From Lytechinus pictus (lineage: Eukaryota), in assembly GCF_037042905.1 (NCBI RefSeq), contig NC_087250.1:12216001-12280000 (forward strand): 64,000 bases of DNA, in the 5' to 3' direction. Both the position numbers and the translations under genes were made by a program. How positions within the stretch are numbered: position 1 is the stretch's first letter; each line of letters opens with the position of its first letter. The notes under the pieces were generated by a model. The model was not told the origin of the DNA. It worked only from the letters and a program-made list of their open reading frames with translations, and did not search any database. Shown piece by piece: positions 13,027 to 25,818 of the stretch.

Positions 13027-13551
13027 GTGAAGTCCTGGCGAGGTTCAATTCAATTCAATTGTTACCAGGCTTTCATTCAATTTACCGCACTATCCAATCA
13101 GGTGAGTTAAAATAAGTCACGTGAGTGAGCTTTACTTTGGCGTCACTAATAACTCGAACCTCTCATTATATGTATACCCAGTGAACATTTCCCGATGGTA
13201 AATGATCTCTGCAATTTTCGAGTGAGGTACGTGAGCATGTTTTGATATTATGTGTCAATTTGAAAATACCATCGATGTAAAGAAAATGGATATAGCTCGT
13301 TGCACGCTGCCGCACACAAAACCTTGAAGCTACAGGTAAAATATCCCATGACACAATTAACATATGGGGCCATACCAAGTGTGGAACTTTGTGCGCGCTT
13401 GACCTTTTGGAGTACTTTCAAGTGTTTCCGGTGGCCTCAAAAGAGTGCGAAGTTGCTCTATCCATTTTCATTTTTTTTAATCGATGGGTAATACATGTAT
13501 TCTTCCGTAGGGCTATCTCTTTTAGCCCTCAGAGCAAGATGTCATTCAGTA

Positions 13552-13755
13552 TCATATGCTGTCAACTTCATCAGGTACTATTTTGTAATATTGAATGAAT
13601 GTTTTTCGAGGGTCAATGGCAATTTCTATCAACCGGGCAATCAGGATGAGCATGATGAAACCCAAGACGACGAAGGCTGCAATGGCATGGTTCCTCGCTG
13701 ATTTGGATGCTCTTCTCGCACCAGGTAAATCTTTGGCCTTCACACGGGAGTCAAC
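13552..13755 (-). CDS. Terminal coding exon of CD225/dispanin-family protein (VDSRVKAKDLPGARRASKSARNHAIAAFVVLGFIMLILIA...)
   Basis: Acceptor tctgttgtcttacag|GTT (phase 0). D-x-x-G-A-x-x-x-S-x-x-A loop followed by a TM helix is the CD225 signature. TGA at 13554-13552. Total spliced CDS is 2826 nt = 941 aa + stop. Confidence 0.9.
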   Translation of the reverse strand, partial: VDSRVKAKDLPGARRASKSARNHAIAAFVVLGFIMLILIARLIEIAIDPRKTFIQYYKIVPDEVDSI

Positions 13756-13895
13756 CTGTAAGACAACAGAAGAAAAATAGTGCAAGTTATCACCCGTATC
13801 CACTGATCATAATGAACGAGCATCAAATTAATAATTACATCCATTTAAGAAAATATTGCTCACTTAGATCAGATTTAATAAACTTGTCTGATAAG

Positions 13896-14043
13896 CATAG
13901 GCGGCGGAAGCGAGGGGGGGGGGGCATGTCCCCCCCCTAAATTTGAGGTGGGGGGGGGGGACGATCCCCCTAATATTTTAGTTGATAACCTTTTCTTCTA
14001 TTCTGCGGGTCCCCCCTAATTTTTTGGGCTTCCGCCGCCATTG
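13896..14043. mobile_element. hAT-type MITE in dispanin intron
   Basis: TIR CATAGGCGGCGGAAGC/GCTTCCGCCGCCATTG; TSD CTGATAAG on both sides. Confidence 0.85.
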
Positions 14044-14179
14044 CTGATAAGAGAAGACCTTAACGCCCTTGAACAAAAGAAAAAAAAAAAAAAATGATCG
14101 AAGCAATTACAAAAGGGAGAGAAGGGTAGAAACAGGGTTGTACCTGAGTGCTTTAATACTTAAAAATAATGGGCGGGGG

Positions 14180-14497
14180 CAGGGGCGGAAATCTCTCGAA
14201 AAGGTAGGGGGGCAAGGGGCTGGGAAATTTGACAAGCAAAAAAAACGAAAAAAAAAACGTTATCACCCCCAAATTTCAGGTCATTTCGACGAAAATGAAG
14301 TTGACAAGCAAAAAGAAAAAAAGATTATCATCCCAAAAGCAAGGTCATCTCGTCCTGAAATACATGTTTTATTTCGATTTTTGAATGATGAATTTCTTAC
14401 CATCATAAAAGACCAGAAATAGTAGGGGGACATTTGATTTTGTGTCCCCCTACTATCTTGAGTAGGGGGACACGTCCCCCTGGGATTTCCGCCCATG
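14180..14497. mobile_element. hAT-type MITE, same family as 5518-8020 but without the nested insert
   Basis: TIR CAGGGGCGGAAATC/GATTTCCGCCCATG; TSD GGCGGGGG. Confidence 0.85.
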
Positions 14498-14703
14498 GGC
14501 GGGGGTGGGTCCACCGATGTATTGCCGCCCTTTGATGGAAAGATATCAATAATGTTTATTTTTTCATAAAATAAAATTGTTTTGAAAATATTATATTTTG
14601 CTCCGAACTAATACACCTTTTCTGCATTTTCAGAGAATATTAAATTAGTTATTATATTAATTATTATATAAATATATTATAAATTAGAGTATTATAAACG
14701 CAC

Positions 14704-16591
14704 CTGATGGGATTTCCTGAGCGCCCAGATCCCTATTGGGAAGAACCACAACGCGGCCATCACGGAGAGGAAACGATAATTTGAAAAACTCGAATCGGAC
14801 TTCTGGCCTGGTTGGTTGTTGTTGTTACTATCTGGCCGGCTTGCTTCTGGACGTGATACTTCTGGAACAGCCTCACTGGCCGGGTTAGCTCTCTCGATGT
14901 CAGTCCGGGGTTCATTGGCCGGTTTCTTGTCAGGTACGGGCTCTGGATACACGGATCTTGCTGAAGGTTGCGAAGTTGCGGACATTCCCGAAGTTCTTTC
15001 ACTGCCATCCCTTGTTCGGCCACTCGGGGGTAAATGTCTTTCACGAGTTGGATATGGCTTTGATTGAGGGTTTCCCACTGGATGAATATGACCAGCTGCT
15101 TGTGAATCGCCTCGAAATATTTGGCGTTGTGGTTTCGGAGGAAGTTGTGACATATTTCCGTCACGTGGTTTCCGTGGTTCAGTTGGGTGATGTCCTCCAT
15201 CCTGTCTCCTGACAATGTCGCCTCTGTCGGAATTGTGACGATCATTTGACGAAAGAGGCTGTCTGTGCACCTGAGTATGTCGCTGACTTTGTGAAGGTTG
15301 TCTGTTTTTGTTAATTCTATTGAGGTCATTGAGAATGTCAATGTTATCTTCCCGAGAAATGAGTTGCGATAACGGTCTGTTTACGTCGTTCGGGTATGTC
15401 AATGGACGATCTTTCTTTCCCCCGATGCCAGAATTTCTGAGAGGAACAGCTTTACGGATATCATCTTCCGAACACGTTCTTGAATTAGGTCCGACCCATC
15501 GCGGATCCGCCTTAGCCTGCTGAGTTGGAAGGTAATTTCCTGCTTTGTCATGTCTGTGTCCTCGGTGCTGTGGATCATAAAGTTTCAACGAAGTTTGTTT
15601 AGTAACACCTTTATCGTGTTTACTTGCAGCAGTTGGCTCTGCATTCTCTCGGGACCCCACCCGCTTGCTATTTGGATGACTATTTTTACCCGCCTTTCGT
15701 TGCATAAAAAATTCCAGCTCCCGTTTGACAATAGACCTGCGAAGGTCATCTTCGGAAACCTTTGAAGCTCTGTGCCCTCTGCCTCGATTGCCCGTCATTG
15801 GTGTATTAAATGATCTGCTTTGATGCAAACGGTTAATATCCTTGTCTTTCGCACGTCTGCCTGATTTTGATTTTAACCCATCACCACGGTCCCCGACTGG
15901 ATCTCGAGGTTTTGGGTAGACCCGTCTCTTCTGACGAAACGCCCTCGGTCTTCCTACCTCTGAGGACCAACTGCGTTCGGTGAATACGCTATCAAGCGTT
16001 GATGACTGTGAGCTATCATAAACGGGTCCCTTCCCATACCAGTCAATAGCTTGACGGTGAACCATGTCCGAGCGGACTGGCTGAGTTGTATGTCTCAGGT
16101 GATCTACCGATGTACTATTACTATACGATTCTTCAACGTCATAGGCATAGCTAGGGTTGTCAAGTCCATAGATTTCGGTATTACCAGATGGTGCTGCATT
16201 GTCAGAGGTGCTTGGGTAGCTGAACACTTCATCCACAAGTGGAGTCAAGCCGATCGTTCCTCCTTGATGTTGTTCATATGCCCTGTCCCCACCAGACTCA
16301 TAGTGATTGTTATGCTGTACATCCTCACAACCCATCCAATTGATACCAGCAGCAGTTTTCGTAATATCTTGAGGATCACTTGTAGCTCGTTTCGCCTCAA
16401 GGACAAACCGGATGTGCCTATCGGAGGAGCTCGTTCGTCTTTCCTTGCTCTCCGTGATGATTCCGCTGCTGTGGGGAAGCGCTGGATTCTCATCTTCAGA
16501 TTCGTCAATGTGTACCAGCTCTGCCCAAACAGATACATCAGCTTGGTTGATGATGTCCACTTGCGGTCTGTCCACAGGTTTTGCAAGGTCA
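14704..16591 (-). CDS. Coding exon 2 of CD225/dispanin-family protein; long hydrophilic region plus first hydrophobic CD225 segment (NYRFLSVMAALWFFPIGIWALRKSHQ)
   Basis: Acceptor ttttttctcag before 16591; 1888-nt open frame; donor CAG|GTGCGT at 14704/14703 (phase 0). Confidence 0.9.
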
Positions 16592-17052
16592 CTGAGAAAA
16601 AAAAGAGAAACATCGGTCAATATGAAGTTCATGAATACATTACTCAAAACAGAAAAAACGCCTCTCTCGTGTTTTTCAGCAGATGTGTAAAATGAGAAAG
16701 AAAGTTTGTAACCAATTCTTTAAATGTATTTTGATGACCGATATCGTTTGATGTCTCAATGACTGGGAGGTATTAGGGATACAGTGGTATCAATGCATCT
16801 TCTTTTTATTAAGTGTACAAATCATAGCACACGAAAATTAAAAGGCAAAATGAAGGAATGAAAAGCGGCGCAAAGGGTAGGGAGGAAAGAGAATGGCGGT
16901 GGTACAAATGCAAGAACAAAATACACGAGAATTAGATAAAAGAAGGAAGACACAATATTTTTTTTTCTATTGTCATCATCAGAATCACCATAGGTATTGC
17001 TATCAGTACTATATTATCATCATCATCAGCGTAGTTGTAGGGTTGTTGTATC

Positions 17053-17227
17053 CACTGGTGGATCCAGGGCTGGCTGTGCCCCTCCCCTTTGTGAAGGAAA
17101 ATTGAAATTTGTAATGTAAAAATGTGTTCCCCTCTTTGAAATTGAAGACCATTTTTTTTGGCCTCTCAATTTTTTCTTCGGAGAAATGTGCACCACCCCC
17201 TTTTGGAAAATCCTGGATCCGCCCCTG
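17053..17227. mobile_element. hAT-type MITE
   Basis: TIR CACTGGTGGATCCAGG/CCTGGATCCGCCCCTG; TSD GTTGTATC/ATTGTATC (1 mismatch). Confidence 0.75.
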
Positions 17228-17514
17228 ATTGTATCTTTACCATGATTTCTTTCATTTTCGTTGCAAAATGTTAATATTCATATGGCGGTGTTTAAGTTCT
17301 GTCGTGATAGAAGTACAAATATTATTAAAGAAGAATTTGAGAAAAAGAATAGAGCGCAGGAGAAGATAAATTATGGAGTAAAACAGAAAGTGATCAATAA
17401 GCAGCACATTGATATGTATATACAATTGTATCCCTGAAGATTGACAATGACATTAAAGTATGTGGAATACACAATAGAGCTGCGAGAAAGATCCTTTGGA
17501 AGAAGTTTAATTAC

Positions 17515-18248
17515 CTATTATGATATGTCAACTCCTGATCCTGGTCTGAGCCCTCTGGATCTTCAATCAGATCGCCGGTATCAGGTAACCCCTGGAGATC
17601 TTCCAGGAGTCGAGGAACAATATCCCGGTAGGAACTTGGAGCCTTTGAAGAACGAACAGCTACAGAGTATGGCGGTGGTGGTTCCCGATGTGATTCCTCA
17701 ACGCGTGGGTTTTCGTCGGTACACTCGTTTCGGACCTCTTCATCTGAAGTTCCCGCTTTGTCCTGGATGTGATGGTCGTCCTCGAGCCAACCGTTTTCAA
17801 AGACAAATTGTTGATCACTGGTTTTCAGGTCGGCAACAGGGTGTCGGTGATCCTTCTCGAAAGGATCAGTGACCCCTGGATGCACTCCTGGTGAGATCCA
17901 TGTACTCGTGGACTCATCCTCGATGAAGGATCTTCGGGGCTTCCTGGGGGAGTTCCACAAAGTGTCTCTGACTTCTTCATTTCTCTGCGCCAATTGCGGC
18001 GAGTAGACACCCTGGTAACTGCCAGCCGAATCCGAAGGGGATGGGCTCTCTGAATCAGATCGGGGTTTGTCGTAAGGGGAGCTCTTTTCGGTCTCATCGC
18101 TGTACCTGTACTTCATAAGACTAGCGTCGTATTTCTGGGCGAGTATCCGGTGTTTTCCGGTGCGGCTGTATCTCCGGCTAACCTCATCTTGAACAGAGTA
18201 AAAACCGTAGTCCGGAAATGAGATATCAACTTCGTGTTCATCCTCCAT
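17515..18248 (-). CDS. Coding exon 1 of CD225/dispanin-family protein (941 aa total); acidic/Ser-rich disordered region with PPPPY motif
   Basis: Acceptor ttttatttttcag precedes 18261, ATG at 18248, and the frame is open for 734 nt. Donor AG|GTAATT at 17515/17514 is phase 2 and joins in frame to the next exon (AG+T=Ser). Confidence 0.85.
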
Positions 18249-18786
18249 ACCGCTTATCTCTCTGAAAAATAAAACGACAAAATTTTAGTATTCTTGCAGA
18301 TAGAAAACAAAATTCGAAGCTAACATTACGTGGAAATTCAATCTCTGCCTTTTAGAATGAAAAAGAAAAGACGGAAAAAATACACCAAACTAAGAATAAC
18401 AATTATATTCTACCTTAGTCAGTGACGATGTGAAAAAGAAATAAAGAAATTTGTAATAAAGTTGTAACTCTCATTTACAAGGAATGTTTACATATTATAA
18501 AAATGAATGAACAGAGCAGAACATGTCTTAAATGTTTGTTTCGGGTAAATATTATCTCGTGGACGTTGTACCAATGATTGAGCGTCATTGATGGAATTTT
18601 ATTTTGCACGAAAATATCATAGTTCAGTTGGCGCCTGTATAATATTACTAATTTATGGCAATGCTCAAACAATACTTTGATCCTAGCATAAACGTATTGC
18701 CTATTTATTATAAAACAGTATCATCCAGTTGAAATGGTCAAACAGGGACGCATTTTCAACAAGAAATGTGTACGTGTGTGAGGGGG

Positions 18787-19030
18787 CAGTGGCAGATCCG
18801 GGAGGGGGGGGGGCACAGCCGGTCTGTGCCCCCTTTTGAGAGCCGTAATCAAATTTTGTAATGTAAATGTACCGTTTTTACCCATGTGTGCCCACCCCTT
18901 TTGCGAGTGCTAAGCCCCTTTTTTATTGCTTTTCAAATTTTCTGTGGATGAAATGATTTCCGATTTTAGGTGAAAACCTTTATTTTCATCGGAAATATGT
19001 GCCCCCCTTGGAAAATCCTGGTTCTGCTGG
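18787..19030. mobile_element. Degenerate hAT-type MITE related to 17053-17227
   Basis: CAGTGGCAGATCC start, GGAAAATCCTGG near the end, TGAGGGGG on both flanks. Confidence 0.6.
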
Positions 19031-19194
19031 TGAGGGGGGGGGGGGGGGGGGGGGTGTTGTGTATGGGGGGAATGCAAGGAGAGCATAAATGATTAATTAT
19101 GATTAATTATATCTGAATGTGGAGAAAATATTACTTCTACTATTACCAAAAAGAACTGTTACTGTTTTAACTTCTAAAACATAATCTACAACTC

Positions 19195-19217
19195 ATACTA
19201 CTTTATTTCTACTAAGT

Positions 19218-19265
<48 letters not shown>

Positions 19266-19480
19266 TTACTATTATATTTCTACTACTACCACTACTACTA
19301 CTACTACTCGTACTACTACTGCTAATATTACTACTACTACTACTACTACTACTAATACTACTACTTAGTACTTCTTCTACTCCTACTACTACTACTACTA
19401 CCACCACCAGTAGTACTGCTGCTACTGTCATCTTCTACTACTGCTTCTACTTCTTCTACTAGTACGTCTGCTACTACTGC
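19195..19480. repeat. (TAC)n microsatellite
   Basis: Direct inspection. Confidence 0.95.
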
Positions 19481-20046
19481 TAATAGTTATAATGGTGATG
19501 ATGATGAAACTATTATTACGTACTCCTGATCCCCGTCCTCAGTACTACCAGTGCTACCACCATGAATACGGCTACTACTAGTACCTGTTTTTCATAGTAG
19601 TAGAAGTAGTAGTATTTATGGTGGTGATGGTGGCTGAAGTAGATGTACAGCATATGGTTAGTAGTTGTTGTAGTGTATATGCTATACCTTGATAAAACAG
19701 ATAATGAAATATATACCTCGCTGCATTTGGCCTTTTCTGTGTTCCAGTTCTTTTAGTTAGTGTATTATGACGTACTGTAACTTGAGGAAATTTAAAAGTT
19801 TTAAACCTCAGTTAACATGCTCTGGGGTGCTACTAATGCCGAAACCAGGAGAACACGTATGGAATAAAGGGGGCGAATTGCTAGTTTAGGCCTCCTTTAA
19901 TATGCATTTAGTATTCAAAATATTATTGGCAAAAACAAGTACAACATATTATAGTTTCCACTCGGAGTAGATAGTTTCCAGGTCATTTTTAGGGCTTGGT
20001 ACACAATACGAAAATTAAAACGAACAATGCAAAGAGCCATACTCAC

Positions 20047-20450
20047 CAATAAACTTGTCAATACCACGACGGCAACATACTCGATCCATCATCGTTCAGA
20101 ACGATTTATCATAACGCCTTATATCTGGCAACCATACATATATTTCATACACATGCTTGAGCGCATTGACTGCATTGATGAATAGACGCCATTCAACACC
20201 TCATCGAATCTTGGTATTGTCTGCTATTGTGACGAGTAGAGGAATTCAAATATACCGCATCGAATATCACAATACTGTTCTAAAGTTTCACGTTTCATTT
20301 CCCCTTTCAACACGCGAGCATGCGGGTTGACGCCCAGGGGTGCACAAGGGGTCCCGGTTCGTACCCTTTACACTTCTTGAGTTTACGAACACGACGGGGT
20401 CATTCCATTTGACGCCCCAGTCAGACTGTTGTAACTAACTCCAAACCGAC
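20047..20450 (-). other. Candidate non-coding first exon/promoter of the dispanin gene
   Basis: Consensus donor TTG|GTGAGT at 20047/20046 next to a unique, CpG-richer stretch. Splicing to 18261 gives an in-frame TGA upstream of the ATG, consistent with a 5'UTR. The 5' boundary is a guess. Confidence 0.4.
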
Positions 20451-21009
20451 CAATGCTATGTCATTGGTAATAACGTAATAACTTTGATTGGTTTCGTTGG
20501 TGTGAATGCGGCAACAGATTTGTGGCTGACACTATCAGGAAGATACCCATACGTATACAGAGTGTCATTTTTTGTTTATATTTCTTATTTAAACGATCAG
20601 ATTGAATTACATTTATTCGAGGAGATAATAAAAAATAACAGGTGATCACAACTTTTACTACGTGCACCTCCTTACCAGCTCATTACATTATGACTTACAA
20701 AGTGACAGCTCCGCACTGGTGAATAAAATTAGAGAAAATTAAATCAGCAAGAAAAAAAATTCCCGTCAATAATTCGTTACTTTGATAGAATATGTAGTTT
20801 AGGCGCCATCTAAATACGACATGGCAACTTTTTGGCCTTTTTCAAACTGCTACATTCGGAGAAAAGAACTTATAGATGCATATAATTATCTACAACAGAA
20901 AAACAATAATGAAAACGCCTTGACTGCACACCTTTAGATTAAAACTAGACAATGGTATATTTCAATGGTAAATATATGTCCATGAGGAAGTTAATCTCTT
21001 CATATGATG

Positions 21010-21253
21010 CAGTGGCGTACCTAGGATTTTCCAAAGGGGGGGGGGGCAAATTCGTCCGCCAAAAAATTTGGCAAGCCAAAAAAAAAAGGGTCTTCAACCA
21101 CAAATAAAGGATCTCGTCCGCCAAAAAATTTGTCAAATTTGGCAAGCAAAAAAAAAAGGCTTCAACCACAAATAAAGGATCCCTTGCATGGGTTGTGACT
21201 CGTCAGGGGGGGGGCAGTCTGCCCCCTCTGCCCCTCCCGTAGGTACGCTAGTG
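21010..21253. mobile_element. hAT-type MITE
   Basis: TIR CAGTGGCGTACCTA/TAGGTACGCTAGTG; TSD ATATGATG. Confidence 0.85.
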
Positions 21254-23090
21254 ATATGATGGGCGTAAAATCAATTTTATCACCTTTGTAAACCGAAGCA
21301 TACATTGTACACCATTCTCTAAAGACCGTACGAGGCCTATTCATTGCATACTTTACGTGTATACCCACCACTCTCGAATCATAAGAGGTAAAACCCCTTT
21401 TTCCCCCTTTGTTGTGTAACTTGAGTAAACACGTGGTTATTGTAAAGTTTATTTGGTTATTGTAGTGCTTACTGTAATGTAAAGTCTATTTTGTAAAGTT
21501 GTTTAGCCTATGAATGGCACATGCATCCAGGCCTGACTGTATAGATGTTTACAAACCAAGGAATATCGCTTTAATAGATGGATTCGAAAGATCTGTATTC
21601 CATTTGTTCTTATGCATGGAGATATAAACATTATTGGTTAAAGATTTGGTATTTCTAAAAGTCAGAAATTAAGAAAATAAATATAGTGGGTGGGGTGACA
21701 AAGTAAAGCCTATACCTTCTAGAGAATATCTTGAATCGGAGATAATGCTCGGGAATATGTTAAGAAAAAAGGTTTGTTTTTATTGTAACTCGAAAAATAA
21801 TCAAACCTCCGACTTTTTATTTTGATTTTACCCGACCCCCAAAAAAAATGGTGCCGACCGACCATGATTTTAATTTGTCTACATTTTACCGCGCACTATG
21901 GCTAACGAGCACTTGATCTCGACCCCTCCCCCAATAAAAAAGAAAAACCCAACCGATCGAACCATCTGTACGGCAACACATATTTTGTTTACCTTACATA
22001 GCTGCAGTATAGTATTTTTTCACAAATTCCCCTCAAATTAAAAACCCTAGTGATAGAAAATTTGAAATTTATGCGGATTCGGTTATCAATAATGTTTTAG
22101 CTTATATATTTATCTATCTTAAAACATGGTATTTTGGACTTAACTCTTCCTAATTATGTCTAAAACTGCCCCCAACTGAACCAAACCTCCGTATTCTAAT
22201 TCCCACGCTTTCTCAACAGGAGAATCGAGTTAAACAATAAAAGAACTGAACTCTGTTATTTGTAAATTTGATCTGCAGTCATGCAAGAGTACAATCCCTT
22301 TGTCATTGGTATGTACACCTTCAGCTACAGGTATTTTTGGGCCGTTTTCTCAAAACCCGACTAAGCATGCATGACTTCTGTAAACAATGGTAGCAAAAGT
22401 GTGTTGGCTATGTGGGTATATCGCACGATTTAGCATTGGGAAAGAGAGACCGGGCACTCGGGTAAACTTGTAAGTAGTACGTAATTGCTGAACGTGCAAA
22501 AAATGGTTCACATACATGGGTAACCGTTAATTAATCAAATCCCATTGTTTTTTTAAGCTCATACGATAAAATCTTACATGATTAAACATTCATTGTTGAA
22601 AATAGTTTTTTAAGTACACAAGAGTGAAAACGGCCATGAACTTGCTTCCCAAATCAAGGGGAAGCACATACATTTTTATCGATTTCTTCTGAATTCCTGA
22701 CAAGTAAAATACGAAGTAAACGGTTAATAATAACACTCAGAAAAAAATATGTGATTTGCCTCAGAGTCATCTCAAGCAAGAAGGAATATTTTCCATCTCA
22801 AATTAATATATAGTGTAGTTAACTTTTATTTTTGTAAAGAGGGGGGGGGGGGGGGGAGGCATTGTCACTGTGCCCCGACATCCACGTATCTGCCCCCTGC
22901 CCACTGTGTCCAAATATTCAAAGAAGCCTGGATTCTCACATAGCTTCTTCGCGCTAAATGCAAAAGAGTTAGTTTGGTCCCTAATGACACTACTCTCAAA
23001 GTAAAACGAGGGACCATCACACTCTTCTCAATGTGAAACGAGGGACCAGTCGTTTTTTAGTGGGATTTACATATTTTGAGAGTGCATTAT

Positions 23091-23124
<34 letters not shown>

Positions 23125-23249
23125 GGAGTTGTGGATAGTAGATGATGCCATCCAGGTGCACAACAGCTCTGGGATCTATTTCTTCTAAGATATAGGGTTA
23201 GGGTTGCAATAGGGTTTTATCTTGGGTTTAGGGTTAGGTTTAGGAACAG

Positions 23250-23420
23250 GTGGGTGTTTCATAAAGCTGTTCGTAAGTTAAGAGCGATTTTAAGAACGAC
23301 TGGTGATCCTTTCTTGTGGTAAATGGTATATTCATTGGCGATGGTTTAGCGCGTAAGAAAGGTTCACCAGTCGTTCTTAAAGTCGCTCTTATCTTACGAA
23401 CAGCTTTATGAAACGGCCCC
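23250..23420. mobile_element. Palindromic Harbinger-like MITE; diverged relatives at ~12748-12922 and ~37500-37655
   Basis: GTTTCATAAAGCTGTTCGTAAG...CTTACGAACAGCTTTATGAAAC long inverted arms; flanks CAG/CGG. Confidence 0.75.
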
Positions 23421-24155
23421 CGGGTATAGTTTGACATCCAGGGTTGAAGTCGGTCATTCCTTGAGTGTGCTTGTATTTACAACGGAGCAAATGTCATGGA
23501 ACCGCTATCCATTCTCGATTTTCTCTGTGCTCAATCCATTTGGTTTTTACTCGTGATAATATCGCCATCTACGTCTCATATCATACAGGTATTCAGACGA
23601 GAAGAAGTTGAAACCACAGAACTAATAACATGTACAGTATAACAACCCTTTGCTATTTTCTATATTTCGTTGGTTGAAGATGGATGATAATGAACATGAT
23701 AATGAAAAATTAGAGTGATGCTAAGTCTCCGTACAGGAAATAAGAGAGATTATCGGTTTTCAAATATTCGCATTTCAGTTGACATCAATACTGGGATTTG
23801 TTTTCATTTTTGTCATGGAACAGTTTATACTGAAAGATTTGTAAAGGCTGCAGATGAACGTTGTCTTATCAGTGAATTCAACACAAGTCCCAAATGCGCG
23901 CATCTCATTGGCTGACAGCTAGGTTGTGTTTGATAACAGACTTTTTCTGAAACGGGCTCCAGAGCTGACAAATATGAAATTTTAATTATCTATCATTTTA
24001 TAAGCTTTATGTATGGGATAATTCAAATAAGAGCTGGTAATGATAATAAAACGATTAGTTTAATTATCTTACTTTTCTGCATCTGATAATAAAATAGAAA
24101 GAAAACAAATGCAAAGGTAAAAGGTAAAACTCATTTACCTCGACATTATTAAGTG

Positions 24156-24199
<44 letters not shown>

Positions 24200-25019
24200 C
24201 AAAACATCATGGCATAAACATGTACGTTGTAATCGGTAATTCTTATTACCGCATTGTTCCAATTGAAGAATATTGTTGTTTTATCTGTCTTCCTTCCTTA
24301 ATTCATTTATGGCCTTTTCTTATTTCGAATGTACTATATAAAACTAGAAAATGGCGCATTTACTTATCGGACCTTTTGCAAACCAGACGCTGAGCTGCCA
24401 TGCATCCTTTTTAGAGTGTTTGTTTACTATTCCCCAGATCAGCCCTGAAAAATCTTTAATAATTTATGACCCTTTTAACAAGATGAAGCAAAGTAAGATA
24501 TGATATCTTCTTATGGATTCGAAAATGTTTATTATTCAGTCGTTAGAAATGAGCATAAATATAAGGAAATAAAACAGTCTGAATTGTCAAGACTAGCTAG
24601 TAGAAGCAGGATGAAATTTCAGTGCAACTACCGCTAAACCGGAAACATCATCATCATGCATTACATTGAAGTCGTCTTGTCTTTCATGAATCGTTAATGG
24701 AAAGGTGAAACCACGGCGTCATTATCATATACCATCAGTCACTACTCAGGTGTCCAAGTTCTTCCAACTGTCTCCCTATCTCTCTCTCTCTCTCCATACT
24801 CTCCCGGTTGTTTTAAACAATGAGCCTTGGCCGTAGGCCCTATATAGTATTAATGATGATGATGATAATGATGATAATAATGCTAACCACAACAGTATAA
24901 GAATAAGAATAATGATATAGAGGGTATTTATCAAACACACGATAGCCAGTATAGTTCTCTACGCGCTTTACAATTATGAAAAGATATAACAGTTAGATGA
25001 TTTATCAACTATGACAAAT

Positions 25020-25818
25020 GAAGAGTTTAGTTGCAAAAGGGCTTAGGTCCACTTTGGACCATTCTGAGAAAAACCATGTTTTTTATTCTCACTTACTGCA
25101 ATATTCTTATGAGAAACTAAATTGTCATGATGTACTACCCTATCATGTGAACATAAAATTGGGTATAAAAGAAATCTACCTGTCTTCTATTTTTTTCTAT
25201 GAATTCTTTTAAAAATTATCATTGTGGACCTAAGCCCTTTTGCAAGTAAACTGAAATGAATCCAATCTATTTTGATTAAAAAAGTGATTTTTCTTTGCCA
25301 CTTTTTTCACGTTTTCATGTAAATTTCAAATTTTCTTAGTTTTCATCAAAGTGACTAAAAATTTAGAGGTTTTGAGACAGAAAACAATAAAATGTATGAA
25401 CAATGGACCTAACCCTTTTTGGCAAATGAGCTCTTCAGAAGAGTTTGTTTGCAAAAGGGGTTAGGTCCACTCCAAGAAAATCATTTTTTTTTATTCTCCT
25501 ATATTGCATTTTCTTATGCGAAACTAAATTTTCAAGATTCCCTACCATGACAACATAAAATTGGGTATAAAAGAAATCTTCCTTTATTCATATTTTTTAA
25601 AATATTCTTTTCCAAAAAAATTCGGTGTGGACCTAATCCCTTTTGCAACTAAACTGAAATGGACCTAATCCCTTTCGAAAAAATGATCACTTTTAAATAG
25701 GAATTTCAACTTTTCTTTGGTATCATCTTATAGAGCTACTACAAATCTATACATTGAGACCCAAAAATAAAAAAATTGATGAAAAATGGACCTAAGCCCT
25801 TTTGCAAATGAGCTCTTC
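25020..25818. mobile_element. Head-to-tail dimer of a Sola-like MITE (25020-25436 and 25438-25818)
   Basis: Each unit starts GAAGAGTTT.TTGCAAAAGGG and ends CCCTTTT..CAAATGAGCTCTTC. A single AAAT TSD flanks the pair (25016-19, 25819-22). The Sola assignment is inferred from the AWWT TSD. Confidence 0.75.

Noticed and set aside
16592..16647. Start of the 651-aa ORF at 16647
   Set aside because: This stretch is the intron polypyrimidine tract; the exon begins at 16591.
16051..16695. Plus-strand ORFs overlapping the dispanin exons (also 17441-17872 and 14816-15765)
   Set aside because: Antisense shadows of a GC-richer coding exon, with no recognisable motifs.
23190..23246. Interstitial telomere (TTAGGG-like; also ~55353-55370)
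   Set aside because: Only 2-3 imperfect units, consistent with a common interspersed repeat.
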